From NCBI GenBank assembly GCA_040216735.1, contig JAVJOO010000002.1, positions 149,118 to 213,117 on the forward strand: DNA of 64,000 nucleotides, given 5' to 3'. This DNA is from Alphaproteobacteria bacterium. GTDB lineage: Bacteria > Pseudomonadota > Alphaproteobacteria > SHVP01. A model generated the notes under the pieces. The model saw nothing but the letters and a program-made list of their open reading frames with translations. It did not search any database and was not told the DNA's origin. The position numbers and the translations under genes were made by a program. This document shows positions 10,091-20,645 of the stretch, one piece after another; the first letter of the stretch is position 1; each line of letters begins with the position of its first letter.

Positions 10091-10164
10091 ATTAGCGGCG
10101 ACGCCAGCGCCTTTGTCTCGCCGCGGCGCAAGGGGTACGCTGGCGCCATTAGAGGGAGGAACTC

Positions 10165-10551
10165 ATGGCATCTACCGACACCCGCAAACTGAAACCGCTG
10201 ACGACCCCGTTCGTTTCGTCCGCCACCGCCGACACGATCAAAATCGACAACGTCGAAGGGGGGAAACTTGGAACGCCCGTTACGCTAAAGACCTTGATGG
10301 TCACACCGTCGATGGTGTTCGTCGAGACGACGTTTTCCAAGGGACAGGCATCGCCACCCCATAGTCACGACGACCACGAATCGATCGTCTACATCATCGA
10401 AGGCAAGGTGAAGGCCACGATCGACGGTAAAGAGTTCATCGCCGGTCCGGGTGACGCTTGGTACAACGCCCCCGGCGTTGTTCACAACGTCGAAGCCCTT
10501 GAGGATTCAAAGTCCGTCGAAGTGAAGAGTCCCCCGATCAAGGCTTGGTAA
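10165..10551 (+). CDS. Cupin domain protein
   Basis: 128 aa with the cupin 2-His motif region (SPPHSHDDHESIVYIIEGK ... GPGDAWYNAPGVVHNVEA); a purine-rich ribosome-binding-like sequence (agggaggaa) lies upstream. Confidence 0.7.
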   Translation: MASTDTRKLKPLTTPFVSSATADTIKIDNVEGGKLGTPVTLKTLMVTPSMVFVETTFSKGQASPPHSHDDHESIVYIIEGKVKATIDGKEFIAGPGDAWYNAPGVVHNVEALEDSKSVEVKSPPIKAW

Positions 10552-10557
10552 CCTCCG

Positions 10558-11487
10558 ATGTGGCGCATTGGCGGCGGCTGGCAAGAAGCCGTCATCAGTG
10601 TGAGCAATGTCGACAGCTGGATCGAGGCGCTTGCCGAAATCGGTAATTGGCGGGCCGTCCACAGAGGCCGAGCCGGACCCGATCTCGCAGCCCATTGGTC
10701 GTTGCCGGCCGATACGCAGATTCACGAAGCTGTCGTGGCGCAACCGCATGACCCTGCTACGTGGGTTCGGTTGGTGCAAATCGACGACGGGGCCCACCGA
10801 CCGATTCGCGGCAGCGCTCAGCCGTGGGACACCGGCGGCATTTTTTCGTTGCTCGTTCGCACTAACGATATCGAGGACATTCTGAGGCGAGCCAACGACC
10901 TCGGCTGGGGGTCGTTCAACGACATAGACGTGATGGAGTTTGGGGAACACCGCAATCGCAACGTCGTGCTGCGCGGTCCGGACGGCGTGTGCTTCGGCCT
11001 TTACGAATCAGCGAACGATCCGGCCCCCCATGCCTTCGGTGCCCCGTTTACCGCACAACAAATGGTCCGGGCAATCGGACCTGCCCGTGACTTCTATGCG
11101 GACATGTTGAAATGGTCGCCGTGGTACGACGGAGAAACCCGACTGGCCATCAACCAATTCGGGATGCCTGCCAACTACAAGGGCAAAGTGCCCAAGAAAG
11201 TCGCCATCATGCATGCCGCGCCGGAAGTGTTCGGTCAGGTTGAGCTAGTGCAGTGGGAGGTGTTTTCCGGGCGAGATTTGGCCGACCGCGCGATGCCGCC
11301 CAATCGCGGACACCTGGCACTGCGTTGGCCCGTCGGCGATCTCGACGCCACCTTGGCCGCCATGCGATCCGCCCAAGGAACGCCGGCACAGGTCCACCGC
11401 GTCGACCTGGCGCCCTATGGCACCGTGCGATTGTCCAGCGTCCGGACCCCGGACGGCGCCCTGATCGAATTACTTGAGCCGCAATAG
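10558..11487 (+). CDS. Two-domain VOC (glyoxalase/bleomycin-resistance/dioxygenase) family protein, function unknown
   Basis: 309 aa; both halves end in VOC-like beta strands (GPDGVCFGLYE; RTPDGALIELLEP). Confidence 0.55.
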   Translation: MWRIGGGWQEAVISVSNVDSWIEALAEIGNWRAVHRGRAGPDLAAHWSLPADTQIHEAVVAQPHDPATWVRLVQIDDGAHRPIRGSAQPWDTGGIFSLLVRTNDIEDILRRANDLGWGSFNDIDVMEFGEHRNRNVVLRGPDGVCFGLYESANDPAPHAFGAPFTAQQMVRAIGPARDFYADMLKWSPWYDGETRLAINQFGMPANYKGKVPKKVAIMHAAPEVFGQVELVQWEVFSGRDLADRAMPPNRGHLALRWPVGDLDATLAAMRSAQGTPAQVHRVDLAPYGTVRLSSVRTPDGALIELLEPQ

Positions 11488-11522
11488 CGCGGCACCCCAC
11501 CCCCCACAACAGGCGAACAGCG

Positions 11523-12338
11523 ATGCTTAATCCTTCGAAAAACCACCATATCGCCCAGGTCGACGACATGACTTGGGAACCCCACGTGATGGGGGAATCG
11601 ATCCGCAAGGTTCTCGACCTCGACGCGGATCGCGATTCCTACGTCCATTACCGCTACGTGCCGCCCGGCGGCGCGCCGGAAGGCCGTCGTCTGCATCTTT
11701 CTATCAACGAGACGTTCTTCTTTCTCGGGGGCGACTTGCCAAGTTGGGAATTCGACAGTGCGCACGACCACGCCGGTCACGTGATTGATTTCAACGCCGG
11801 CACCTTCATGGACCGCATGCCGTTCAGCATTCACGGTCGGCGGCCCCAACCGCCATCGCGTACCGGGTCGACGCTGCTGATCTGGACAAGTGGAGGCGGC
11901 GAGTTCGAAGCGGATCCGGTTGAAAGCATCCAAATCCCCTTCACCGGCAAACCGCCGACGTTCGACGCGCCATTCACAAAACCGACGGTCATCGATTCGC
12001 GCGCGATCAAATGGGAGGCGCATCCCCTACGGACGGGTTGGCGCTGGCGACCGCTGTCGACCATCGCCGCGAGCGCGACGACGACTGAACGACCGGTATC
12101 GCTGGTTTACATTCCTCCGGAAAACCACGATGTCCTCGCGCTTGCACCGGCACCGCGCCGGTCATGGGTGTTCGTGCTATCGGGCGGCCTTGGTGTGGAG
12201 ATCGATGGCCAGTCCGCCGACCTCAAAGAAAACACCTATATGCGCTGGAACCCCGGCGTGACGCCGATCCTGCCAAACAACGTATCGCCGGTCGGATGCA
12301 CGCTGCTGTGCGTCGGACACGACCTATCAACCGGCTGA
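11523..12338 (+). CDS. Hypothetical protein (possible bicupin)
   Basis: 271-aa ORF with coding-like composition, same strand and tight spacing with neighbours; no recognisable motif. Confidence 0.5.
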   Translation: MLNPSKNHHIAQVDDMTWEPHVMGESIRKVLDLDADRDSYVHYRYVPPGGAPEGRRLHLSINETFFFLGGDLPSWEFDSAHDHAGHVIDFNAGTFMDRMPFSIHGRRPQPPSRTGSTLLIWTSGGGEFEADPVESIQIPFTGKPPTFDAPFTKPTVIDSRAIKWEAHPLRTGWRWRPLSTIAASATTTERPVSLVYIPPENHDVLALAPAPRRSWVFVLSGGLGVEIDGQSADLKENTYMRWNPGVTPILPNNVSPVGCTLLCVGHDLSTG

Positions 12339-12428
12339 ACGCGAATTGAGTTGAACCGCACATCGGCCCCGCCGCACCGTTGTCCCTGACGGGGTTGGGC
12401 CCCACTAATTCATCGGAGGGAACGCGTT

Positions 12429-12845
12429 ATGTTTATGGAATGGGATGTGAACTATTGGGCCGTCCCAGTCGCCGCATTAGCAACGATGGTCGTCGGGGCG
12501 ATCTACTATTCACCGGCCGTGGCCGGACACGCCTGGATCAAGGCGATCGGGAAGACCGAAGAAGAAGTTCGCGCGGCAAACCGTCCGATCCTGTATGTGA
12601 TCGCTGCCATCCTGTCGTTGATTCAGGCCAGCGTGCTCTCGGCACTCATCGGATGGGCCGATGCTCACACGCTGCTCGGCGGCGCCCTCGTAGGTCTTTT
12701 GCTCTGGATTGGCATGGCGGTGCCGATGGTCAGCGTGACGTTCCTGTTCGAGGGCCGCGCGCTCGCCAATCACATTATCAGCGGGCTTTATTTCCTTATC
12801 GCCCTCGTTGCGTCCGGTGCGATTCTCGGCGCTTGGGGCCCCTAA
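12429..12845 (+). CDS. DUF1761-like small integral membrane protein
   Basis: 138 aa, four predicted TM helices; pattern typical of DUF1761 (YYSPAV ... ALVGLLLW). Confidence 0.6.
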   Translation: MFMEWDVNYWAVPVAALATMVVGAIYYSPAVAGHAWIKAIGKTEEEVRAANRPILYVIAAILSLIQASVLSALIGWADAHTLLGGALVGLLLWIGMAVPMVSVTFLFEGRALANHIISGLYFLIALVASGAILGAWGP

Positions 12846-12846
12846 C

Positions 12847-13329
12847 CTAATTGCTCTTGGTCGCTTGCCAGCGGTCTAGCTTGTCGCGCGCGCCGTTGGT
12901 TGCCGGATTCATCTCGGCGTCGTGGTTGTGGCGCTTCGCGGTAAGTTCGATCACGTAACCGTTGGGATCACGGAAGTAGATGGAATCGATAAAATGATGG
13001 TCGGCGATACCGCGCGTCTCGATCCCCGCGGCCCTGCCCCTTTCCATCATCGGTTCAAGCACCTTGCGATCGACCTCGAGTGCGATGTGCAAATCGAAAT
13101 CGTGCTGTTCCTTAAAATCGAACGGGCGTTCCGGCGACTCGAAGAACGCCAGATACGACCCATTGTCCAGCCGATAGAAGGTATGCAAGGTATTTGTGCC
13201 CCGTCCCGTCTTTGTCTCGGTGATCTCGAGGGTGCCCGCGAGCGGTAGCCCAAGAAAGTCCTCATAAAATTTGCGGGTTTCTTCTGAATCGCGGCAGCGA
13301 TACGCGTTGTGATGCAGTCCTTTGATCAT
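12847..13329 (-). CDS. VOC family protein (glyoxalase/bleomycin-resistance fold)
   Basis: ATG at 13329 gives 160 aa starting [14 protein letters not shown]; ends in [12 protein letters not shown], the classic VOC C-terminal strand. Confidence 0.75.
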   Translation of the reverse strand: MIKGLHHNAYRCRDSEETRKFYEDFLGLPLAGTLEITETKTGRGTNTLHTFYRLDNGSYLAFFESPERPFDFKEQHDFDLHIALEVDRKVLEPMMERGRAAGIETRGIADHHFIDSIYFRDPNGYVIELTAKRHNHDAEMNPATNGARDKLDRWQATKSN

Positions 13330-13547
13330 TGTCGCCCTTTCTTTTCGCCCGCTTCCAGGCTTCATATGGTCCTCGTGGCAGCGATATCAAACCCGGATGT
13401 GGGCGCGCCGTCACGGTCACGCCTACATCTTGCGCGCTCAAGAAACCAACGCGCGTTGCCGCGGGCGAGTCAAAAGGCCGTGCCATCGATCCCCGACGGT
13501 CCGACACGGCATTGACGCCACGCCCCGCTTGGCGCAAACCATACTGC

Positions 13548-15578
13548 ATGGACACCCCGAAACCCCTCTTTTCCTATAGGAAATACTGGGCCCACCGATT
13601 TGGGACGGCGCCGTTCTTGCCGATGTCGCGCGCGGAAATGGACCTGCTCGGCTGGGATGTCTGTGACATTGTGTTGGTTACCGGGGACGCCTACGTCGAT
13701 CATCCAAGCTTCGGCATGGCGGTCGTTGGACGGCTACTGGAAGCCCAAGGATTTCGCGTCGGCATCATCGCCCAACCCGACTGGCAAAGCGCCGAACCGT
13801 TCGCCGCGTTGGGGCGGCCCGAGCTCTTTTTCGGCGTCACCGGCGGCAACATGGATTCGATGGTGAATCGCTACACCGCGGATAAACGGCTCCGCCACAA
13901 CGACAGCTATACGCCGGGCGGCGTCGGCGGTAAGCGACCCGACCGGTCGGTGGTCGTCTATGCGCAACGCTGCCGCGAAGCGTTTCGCGACGTGCCGATC
14001 GTTCTGGGCGGGATCGAAAGCTCGCTGCGCCGCATCGCCCATTACGACTATTGGTCCGACAAGGTCCGCCGTTCCATCCTTACCGATGCGAAGGGCGACA
14101 TCCTGCTCTACGGCAATGCCGAACGGGCCGTGGTCGAAGTTGCCCACCGCATCGCTCGCGGCGATCCCATCGACGGTTTCGACGACATCCGCGGCGTCGC
14201 CCTGATGAAACCGGCCGTCCCGGACGGCTGGACCGAAGCCCATGCCGACAATCTCGACGACGGCGACGAGGGTGCGCGCCTGCGTGGCGAGAAAACCGTC
14301 GTGCGCCTACCTTCCTTCACCCAGGTCGCGGAGGACCGCGAGGCCTACGCGCGCGCATCGAGGGTTCTGCACCGCGAGGCTAATCCTGGAAACGCCAGGT
14401 CGTTGGTGCAGCAGCACGGCGACCGCGAACTATGGTTGACGCCGCCACCGATTCCGCTGACGACCGAAGAGATGGACGGGGTCTATGAGCTGCCCTACGC
14501 GCGAGCGCCCCATCCCGCCTACGGCGACGCCAAGATCCCTGCCTGGGAAATGATCCGCTATTCGGTGACCATCATGCGCGGCTGTTTCGGCGGCTGCTCG
14601 TTCTGCTCGATCACCGAGCACGAAGGTCGCATCATCCAGAGCCGCTCCGAAGGATCGATCCTGCGCGAGATAGAGACGATCCGCGACCGCACCGAGGGCT
14701 TTACTGGGATCATCTCCGATATCGGCGGACCGACCGCCAACATGTACCGCATGGCGTGCAAGGACAAAGAGACCGAAGCGCTGTGCCGACGACCGTCCTG
14801 CGTTTATCCCGACATTTGCAAAAACTTAAACACCAGCCACGACTCGCTGATCGATTTGTACCGAAAGGCGCGCGCTATACCCGGCGTCAAGAAAGTCATG
14901 GTGGCGTCGGGTGTGCGCTACGACCTGGCGATCAAGAGCCCGGCCTACGTGCGCGAGTTGGTCACCCATCACGTCGGCGGCTATCTGAAGATTGCCCCCG
15001 AACACACCGAAGACGGCCCGCTTGGGAAAATGATGAAGCCTGGAATCGGTGCCTACGATCGGTTCAAGCAGTTGTTCGACGATGCGGCTAAAAAGGCCGG
15101 GAAGGAATACTTCCTTATTCCCTATTTTATCGCCGCCCACCCCGGCACGACCGACGAGGACATGATGAACCTCGCGGTGTGGCTGAAACAAAACAAATAC
15201 CGGGCCGATCAGGTGCAGACCTTCCTGCCTTCGCCGATGTCGCTGTCCGCCGCGATGTACCGATCCGGCGTCAACCCCTTGCGTCCGGTGCGCCACGGCG
15301 AATCGGAGGAAGTGGAAACCGTTAAGGGCCTGCGCCAGCGCCGTCTACACAAAGCGTTCCTGCGCTATCACGACCCGGAAAACTGGCCGATGCTGCGCGA
15401 GGCCTTGAAGCGGATGGGCCGCGCCGACCTGATCGGTCCAGGCAAGAAGCACCTAGTCCCCGCGACCCAACCGGCCGGCACCGGTAACGCCGGTGGGGAG
15501 GGCAAGCGGATGGGCAAGAAGCACAAGGCCCAACGATTTGTGACCAAGGGCATCAAAGTGCCGATGCCCGGCGGCTGA
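13548..15578 (+). CDS. ygiQ: YgiQ family radical SAM protein (UPF0313)
   Basis: ATG at 13548; N-terminal [33 protein letters not shown] matches the YgiQ N-domain; radical-SAM cysteine cluster CFGGCSFCS. Confidence 0.85.
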   Translation: MDTPKPLFSYRKYWAHRFGTAPFLPMSRAEMDLLGWDVCDIVLVTGDAYVDHPSFGMAVVGRLLEAQGFRVGIIAQPDWQSAEPFAALGRPELFFGVTGGNMDSMVNRYTADKRLRHNDSYTPGGVGGKRPDRSVVVYAQRCREAFRDVPIVLGGIESSLRRIAHYDYWSDKVRRSILTDAKGDILLYGNAERAVVEVAHRIARGDPIDGFDDIRGVALMKPAVPDGWTEAHADNLDDGDEGARLRGEKTVVRLPSFTQVAEDREAYARASRVLHREANPGNARSLVQQHGDRELWLTPPPIPLTTEEMDGVYELPYARAPHPAYGDAKIPAWEMIRYSVTIMRGCFGGCSFCSITEHEGRIIQSRSEGSILREIETIRDRTEGFTGIISDIGGPTANMYRMACKDKETEALCRRPSCVYPDICKNLNTSHDSLIDLYRKARAIPGVKKVMVASGVRYDLAIKSPAYVRELVTHHVGGYLKIAPEHTEDGPLGKMMKPGIGAYDRFKQLFDDAAKKAGKEYFLIPYFIAAHPGTTDEDMMNLAVWLKQNKYRADQVQTFLPSPMSLSAAMYRSGVNPLRPVRHGESEEVETVKGLRQRRLHKAFLRYHDPENWPMLREALKRMGRADLIGPGKKHLVPATQPAGTGNAGGEGKRMGKKHKAQRFVTKGIKVPMPGG

Positions 15579-15589
15579 ACGGCGTTTCC

Positions 15590-16003
15590 CTATCTCGGGG
15601 CTGCTGCCTCGAAGGCCTCGATCGTGGTCAATCCGTTTAGCCAATCGCGTTGCGATCCACACCATATCTGCTTTGTCGGCTTCAGTTCGGCGCGCTGCCG
15701 CAGGCCGCCGACCCGAACGGCAAAAACCGGCGGCGGATCGACGTCGTCACTTGAGTAAATCGAGGTTCCGCAATCCGGGCAGAAGGCTTGGCGGCGCTTG
15801 GCGCCGCTCGATCCGGTCTTGAGGTATATCGTCGGTCGGCCCGCGGTAATTGCAAAAGTGTGAGGCTGAGTAAAAGCGGAAACCCGAAACGCCGAACCCG
15901 AAAAGGTCTGACAGTCTGTGCAATGGCAGATCACCACATCGGCGGGTTCGATCTCCGCTTCGAACCGGATGGCGCCGCAATGGCATTGCCCATCGATTTT
16001 CAT
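15590..16003 (-). CDS. GFA family protein (CENP-V/glutathione-dependent formaldehyde-activating fold)
   Basis: 137 aa with Zn-binding cysteine pattern CHCGAI ... CHCTDCQ ... CPDCG. Confidence 0.75.
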   Translation of the reverse strand: MKIDGQCHCGAIRFEAEIEPADVVICHCTDCQTFSGSAFRVSAFTQPHTFAITAGRPTIYLKTGSSGAKRRQAFCPDCGTSIYSSDDVDPPPVFAVRVGGLRQRAELKPTKQIWCGSQRDWLNGLTTIEAFEAAAPR

Positions 16004-16219
16004 GGGGCGTTCCTTTCATTTGCCTGCTCGCTTCCTTGCGGCGACAGAGAAAGCATGCACCGACGTGGGCGTGACGACCAGCGCCGTCCCCCACCGGGAG
16101 AGCGCTCGCCAAGCCGCGGACGTCGCCGATCACAGCTTTTTTGGCCCGGCCGCCGCCGCGCGGTGTGCATTGGCCAACCGGCGAGGTACGATAGCCATCT
16201 GATAAAGGAGGAATCGACC

Positions 16220-17941
16220 ATGCATGACGTTGTCATTCGCGGGGGGACCATCGTCGATGGGACCGGCGCAGACCGCTACACGGGCGACGTCGCCATGGAT
16301 GGCGGCATTCTGACCGAAGTCGGCGGCAAAGCCGGACCGGGAAAGCGCGAGATCGACGCAACCGGCCAATTGGTCCTGCCGGGCTGGGTCGACGTCCACA
16401 CTCACTATGACGGCCAAGCTACCTGGGATCCTTTGCTGACGCCTTCGTCTTGGCACGGCACCACCACCATCATGTTCGGCAACTGCGGCGTCGGGTTTGC
16501 CCCCTGCCGCCCAGAGGACCGCGACCGTCTGATCGACCTGATGGAAGGTGTCGAGGACATCCCCGGCATTGTCCTGTCAGAAGGTCTCAAATGGGACTGG
16601 GAGAGTTTCCCGGAGTTCCTCGACGCCTTGGAACGATTGCCGCGCACGATCGACATCGCTGCCCAAGTGCCGCACCACCCCTTGCGGGTCTACGTCATGG
16701 GCGAACGCGCTCTGAAGCACGAACCGGCGACCGCCGAAGACATCGCCACCATGAGCAAGATGGCGGAAGAGGGTCTGCGCGCCGGCGCCTTCGGCTTCAC
16801 GACCTCGCGTACCGAGTTGCACCGCACCTATAGCGGCTCGCTGGTGCCGGCATATTTCGCCCAAGAAGAGGAATTCCTTGGCGTCGGCGCGGCCTTGGGC
16901 CGCGTCGGTCGGGGTGCGTTTGGCATGCTCGCCGATTTCGTTGACGAAGACGCCGAATTCGCCTGGATCCGAAAGCAAGCCAAGGACCAAGGTCGCCCGA
17001 TTTGGTTCCTGTTGACCGACCGATTGCACGATCCGGCGCGCTGGAAACGGTTAATGGGAAGCGTGCGCGCCGCGCGCGACGAAGGCTTGCCGGTCGCTGC
17101 CCAGGTTGCGTGCCGGCCGGTCGGACTGATCCTCGGCCTTCTCACCTCGATGACGCCGTTCAGCGCCCGTCCTACTTTTGCGTCGCTCGCCAGACTCGAT
17201 CCGACCGAGCGGCTTGCGCGTCTCAAGGACCGCGCCGTGCGCGACGCGATCCTGGGCGAGGAATCAGCCCCGGAGTTGCTGGAGCCGCTGTCGCCGCCGC
17301 ACCGCTACGCGATGACCCGCTGGGACCGCCTTTATATCCTGGGCGACCCGCCCGACTACGAGCCCGGACCCGAGCGCAGCGTCGAGTACATGGCGACCCA
17401 AGCGGGCGTTTCGCCCGCTGCCTTTGCCTACGATTACCTGACCGACGGCGACGGCCAACGCACTCTGTTCTTCCCGGTCACCAACTATGTCACCGGCGAT
17501 CACGAACCGATCCGCGCGATGATGACGGAACCTGGGACGGTGATCGGCCTGAGTGACGGCGGCGCGCATTGCGGGATTATTTGCGATGCCAGCATGCCGA
17601 CCTACTTACTTACCCATTGGGCGCGCGACCGAACCCGCGGCGAGAAGCTTCCGCTTGAATGGGTCGTCAAACGCCAGACCTCGGACAATGCCGCGTTCTT
17701 CGGTTTCAGCGACCGCGGTCGCTTGGCGCCAGGCCTGCGCGCAGACATCAACATCGTCGACCACGCCGCGCTGCGCATTCGGCCGCCCGAACTTGCCTAC
17801 GACTTGCCTGCCGGCGGCCGACGGCTGATCCAAAAGGTCGACGGCTATTCGATGACCCTTGTCGCCGGCGAACCGGTGTTCGAGAACGGGCTGCATACCG
17901 GTGCCTTGCCGGGCAAATTGGTCCGCGCCGGGCGCAACTAG
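16220..17941 (+). CDS. D-aminoacylase / N-acyl-D-amino-acid deacylase (amidohydrolase superfamily)
   Basis: ATG at 16220 preceded by aaaggagg ribosome-binding site; N-terminal MHDVVIRGGTIVDGTGA and metal-binding DVHTHYDGQ motifs. Confidence 0.8.
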   Translation: MHDVVIRGGTIVDGTGADRYTGDVAMDGGILTEVGGKAGPGKREIDATGQLVLPGWVDVHTHYDGQATWDPLLTPSSWHGTTTIMFGNCGVGFAPCRPEDRDRLIDLMEGVEDIPGIVLSEGLKWDWESFPEFLDALERLPRTIDIAAQVPHHPLRVYVMGERALKHEPATAEDIATMSKMAEEGLRAGAFGFTTSRTELHRTYSGSLVPAYFAQEEEFLGVGAALGRVGRGAFGMLADFVDEDAEFAWIRKQAKDQGRPIWFLLTDRLHDPARWKRLMGSVRAARDEGLPVAAQVACRPVGLILGLLTSMTPFSARPTFASLARLDPTERLARLKDRAVRDAILGEESAPELLEPLSPPHRYAMTRWDRLYILGDPPDYEPGPERSVEYMATQAGVSPAAFAYDYLTDGDGQRTLFFPVTNYVTGDHEPIRAMMTEPGTVIGLSDGGAHCGIICDASMPTYLLTHWARDRTRGEKLPLEWVVKRQTSDNAAFFGFSDRGRLAPGLRADINIVDHAALRIRPPELAYDLPAGGRRLIQKVDGYSMTLVAGEPVFENGLHTGALPGKLVRAGRN

Positions 17942-18018
17942 CGCGCGACCAACGCAATGTGTGCCGACGCGGTCCGACATGCGAATACCGCGGACGTACG
18001 GATTGGCGCTCCGGTGAG

Positions 18019-19059
18019 ATGTCGGTGAAGATGCATGCGGTCGTCTTTGATTCGTTCGGCGACACGAACGTCCTCGACTACCGCGAGGTCGCGCCGCCGG
18101 CGCTGCGGCCCGATGAGGTGCTTGTCCGGTTGCACCGGGCCGCGGTCAATCACCTGGACCTAGATATCCGAAGCGGCGTCTCGGGGATGACTGTCGCGCG
18201 ACCGCACGTGCTGGGCACCGAAGGCGTCGGTGAAGTCGTCGAACTCGGCGTAACGGTTGCGGACTGGCAGGTCGGCCGGCGGGTCGGTACCTACGCGTTC
18301 CATACCTGCGGCTTATGCGACAATTGCCGAGCCGGGCGGATCAACATGTGCACCGCAATCCGCACGCTTGGTGGCGACCGGTGGGGTACCTATGCGACCC
18401 ATATCGCGGTCCACCAAAGTCAGCTTGTGGCCATTCCAGACGCGCTAGGCGACGAACCCGCGATCGCCTCTTACAAATATGCGACCGCCTGGGAGGCTCT
18501 CGTCGACACGATGAAGCTCCAATCCGGCGAAACGGTCCTCGTGATCGGCGCCGCCGGAGGCGTCGGGTCGGCGGCAACCCAACTGGCAGTCCACTTGGGA
18601 GCGCACGTCATCGGCGCCGCCGGGTCCGCCCAAAAGACCGCGTACGTAGAGGGACTAGGCGCTGCCCAATGTATCGACTACAGCCAGGAGGATCTGGCCG
18701 AGGCGGTGCTGCGCTACACCGGCGGCGTCGGCGCCGATGTCGTCTTCGATGTCGCCGGTGGCGAAACCCTGCGGCAGGCCGTCAAAGCAACCCGGCACGG
18801 CGGACGAATCGCGGTGGTGGGGGCACACGCCGGCGAAGAAGTAACGATCGACTTTGTCGACCTATTTCGCCGCCATATCTCGATCCACGGCTGTGGACGC
18901 TATACCCCGGCGATTCTCGCGCGCGTGTTCGAGATGCTGGGCGCAGGGTTGCCAGCAGCGGCGATCGCGGGGCGCTTCCCCCTCAAGGATGCCGCCCAGG
19001 CCCATATCGCGATGGCCCAGCGCGATTTCGTTGGGCGCTTCGTTCTGATCCAGCCCTAG
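18019..19059 (+). CDS. Zinc-binding MDR alcohol dehydrogenase / quinone oxidoreductase family protein
   Basis: Catalytic-Zn region GTEGVGEVVELG, structural-Zn cysteines (CGLCDNCRAGRINMC) and Rossmann motif VIGAAGGVGSAATQLA. Confidence 0.8.
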   Translation: MSVKMHAVVFDSFGDTNVLDYREVAPPALRPDEVLVRLHRAAVNHLDLDIRSGVSGMTVARPHVLGTEGVGEVVELGVTVADWQVGRRVGTYAFHTCGLCDNCRAGRINMCTAIRTLGGDRWGTYATHIAVHQSQLVAIPDALGDEPAIASYKYATAWEALVDTMKLQSGETVLVIGAAGGVGSAATQLAVHLGAHVIGAAGSAQKTAYVEGLGAAQCIDYSQEDLAEAVLRYTGGVGADVVFDVAGGETLRQAVKATRHGGRIAVVGAHAGEEVTIDFVDLFRRHISIHGCGRYTPAILARVFEMLGAGLPAAAIAGRFPLKDAAQAHIAMAQRDFVGRFVLIQP

Positions 19060-19084
19060 ACCGTCGCGCCAAGAGACAGGCCGC

Positions 19085-19924
19085 TCAGCGCGCCTTGACG
19101 GCGAGGACGTCGCACGGCGGGTGGCACAGAAAATCTTCCGCAACGCTCCCGAGAAATGCGTGGGTGATCCCAGTACGACCGTGGGTGCCGATAACGAGAA
19201 GGTCGGGTTTGAGTCGCGCGAACTCCTCGTCGATGACTTGACGAACCAGACCCTGCCGCAGGATTTGGTCGAATTCGACCCCGGTCACGTCCAATCCGGC
19301 AAGGAACGCCGCCATCTCGACCGCGGCTACTTCGCGGAACTGTTTGTCCTGCTGTAGACCCGCCGTTTTGCGATTGTCCGCGAGCCCTTTGAAGGGAATG
19401 TGATAGGCATGGATAAGGTGAAAGGCACCACCCTCGACAAATGCCGCCGCAATCTCGACCGCTCGTTTGGCGAAGATCGAAAAATCGACGGCGACCATCG
19501 CGCGTTTGTAAGGCCCGGTGGGGCGATCGCGCACCACCAAAACCGGCACTTCGGCCGTGCGGATTACCCGTTCGACGGTCTTGCCGCGAAACATGTCCTT
19601 GATCGCGTCTTCGCGGTGAACCCCAAGAACGACCAGATCGGCGCCGGTTTTAGCTGCCATGCCGAGGACGGCGGCATCCTTCTTGCCCTGCACGACCTCG
19701 ACGGCAACGCGGAGGCCGCTAGCGACAGTGAGCGCCGCGACATGGTCGTGAATAGCCTTCTGCGCGGCGGCGCGCTCCGCATCGGCGGCGGCGGGCCGCA
19801 ATCCCTCATCCAGGACATGGACAACCGTCAATGCCGCGCCGCGCGCCTCGGAGATTTGAACAGCGCGCTCCAGGGCCCGGTCGGACCTCGCGGATAGGTC
19901 CGTCGCCATCAACAGTTTCTTCAT
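19085..19924 (-). CDS. Universal stress protein, tandem UspA domains
   Basis: ATG at 19924 (MKKLLMATDLSARSDRALERAV); two USP repeats with ATP-binding-like segments (GTHGRTG, GVHRED). Confidence 0.8.
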   Translation of the reverse strand: MKKLLMATDLSARSDRALERAVQISEARGAALTVVHVLDEGLRPAAADAERAAAQKAIHDHVAALTVASGLRVAVEVVQGKKDAAVLGMAAKTGADLVVLGVHREDAIKDMFRGKTVERVIRTAEVPVLVVRDRPTGPYKRAMVAVDFSIFAKRAVEIAAAFVEGGAFHLIHAYHIPFKGLADNRKTAGLQQDKQFREVAAVEMAAFLAGLDVTGVEFDQILRQGLVRQVIDEEFARLKPDLLVIGTHGRTGITHAFLGSVAEDFLCHPPCDVLAVKAR

Positions 19925-20109
19925 CGCGCCGCTCTCCCAACAACGGTCCAATCCCGCATCCATATGGGGAGAACGCACTCCTATTTCCACAGAATTCGGC
20001 GCGCTGCAGTCTTTTTTGGGCGCGTTAACAGACGACGTTCGGCGGTGCTGCTGTAGCGCGGGGGACGGCAGCCGACGAGGGGTCGGTGTGGCCAACGGTG
20101 GCGTGGATT

Positions 20110-20200
20110 TGGCGGAGGGGGTGGGATTCGAACCCACGGTACCTGCAAGAGGTACAACGGTTTTCGAGACCGCCCCGATCGACCACTCCGGCACCCCTCC
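20110..20200 (-). tRNA. tRNA-Ser (anticodon CGA), class II with long variable arm
   Basis: Reverse complement reads GGAGGGG-UG-CCG...CGG-G-GCGGU-CUCGAAA-ACCGU-long variable arm-GUGGGUUCGAAUCCCAC-CCCCUCC-G-CCA; anticodon loop CU-CGA-AA; folded by hand. Confidence 0.85.
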
Positions 20201-20519
20201 GACAAGCCCGTGTTGTAGCCGTTCTAGGCGTTAGCGCACAAGGCTTGGTAGACCGATCGCGATTTCCGGAACCGCAATGAGCAGCGCCAAGAGGATCAGG
20301 CTACAGCCGATATAGGGCGCGCCGGCCAAGGCCACCTCCGAAAGCGTTATGCCCTTGGGCGCCACACCCAGCTCAACCCCTTTTCGGCATGCCTCCTGCC
20401 GCAAAACGATCGGATGGATATCGACAACCGACAATATGCGCCAAGTAGACTTGGCGCCGTTCGGTCTTCTCAACGGCGCCGACTATCCGTTCCCGACCGC
20501 CTATGGAGCGCGGGGTCAC

Positions 20520-20570
20520 TTGTCAGTGCCGACCGGACAGGTCTTAGCTTATAATCGTTGCAAGGTAGTT
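20520..20570 (+). promoter_or_regulatory. Putative sigma70-type promoter upstream of the cytochrome operon (TATAAT at 20550-20555; TTGCAA at 20558-20563)
   Basis: Perfect TATAAT hexamer in an unusually AT-rich patch 90 nt upstream of the first cytochrome start; -35 assignment ambiguous. Confidence 0.3.
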
Positions 20571-20645
20571 CTTACTAAGAAATAAGGGAGCAGACCGACG
20601 CGGCGAGTGGGCGATAGCCCAGTACCGGCGGGCGGAGGAGCTATT

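Noticed and set aside
19925-20194. N-terminal 90-aa extension of the universal stress protein ORF up to 20194
   Set aside because: Extension overlaps the tRNA-Ser gene and is low complexity. The conserved USP domain starts at the ATG at 19924
20231-20473. 80-aa minus-strand ORF with hydrophobic C-terminus in the tRNA-cytochrome spacer
   Set aside because: No ribosome-binding site or conservation evidence. Low-complexity N-terminus. Could be a chance ORF in AT-richer DNA, so it is kept only as a note
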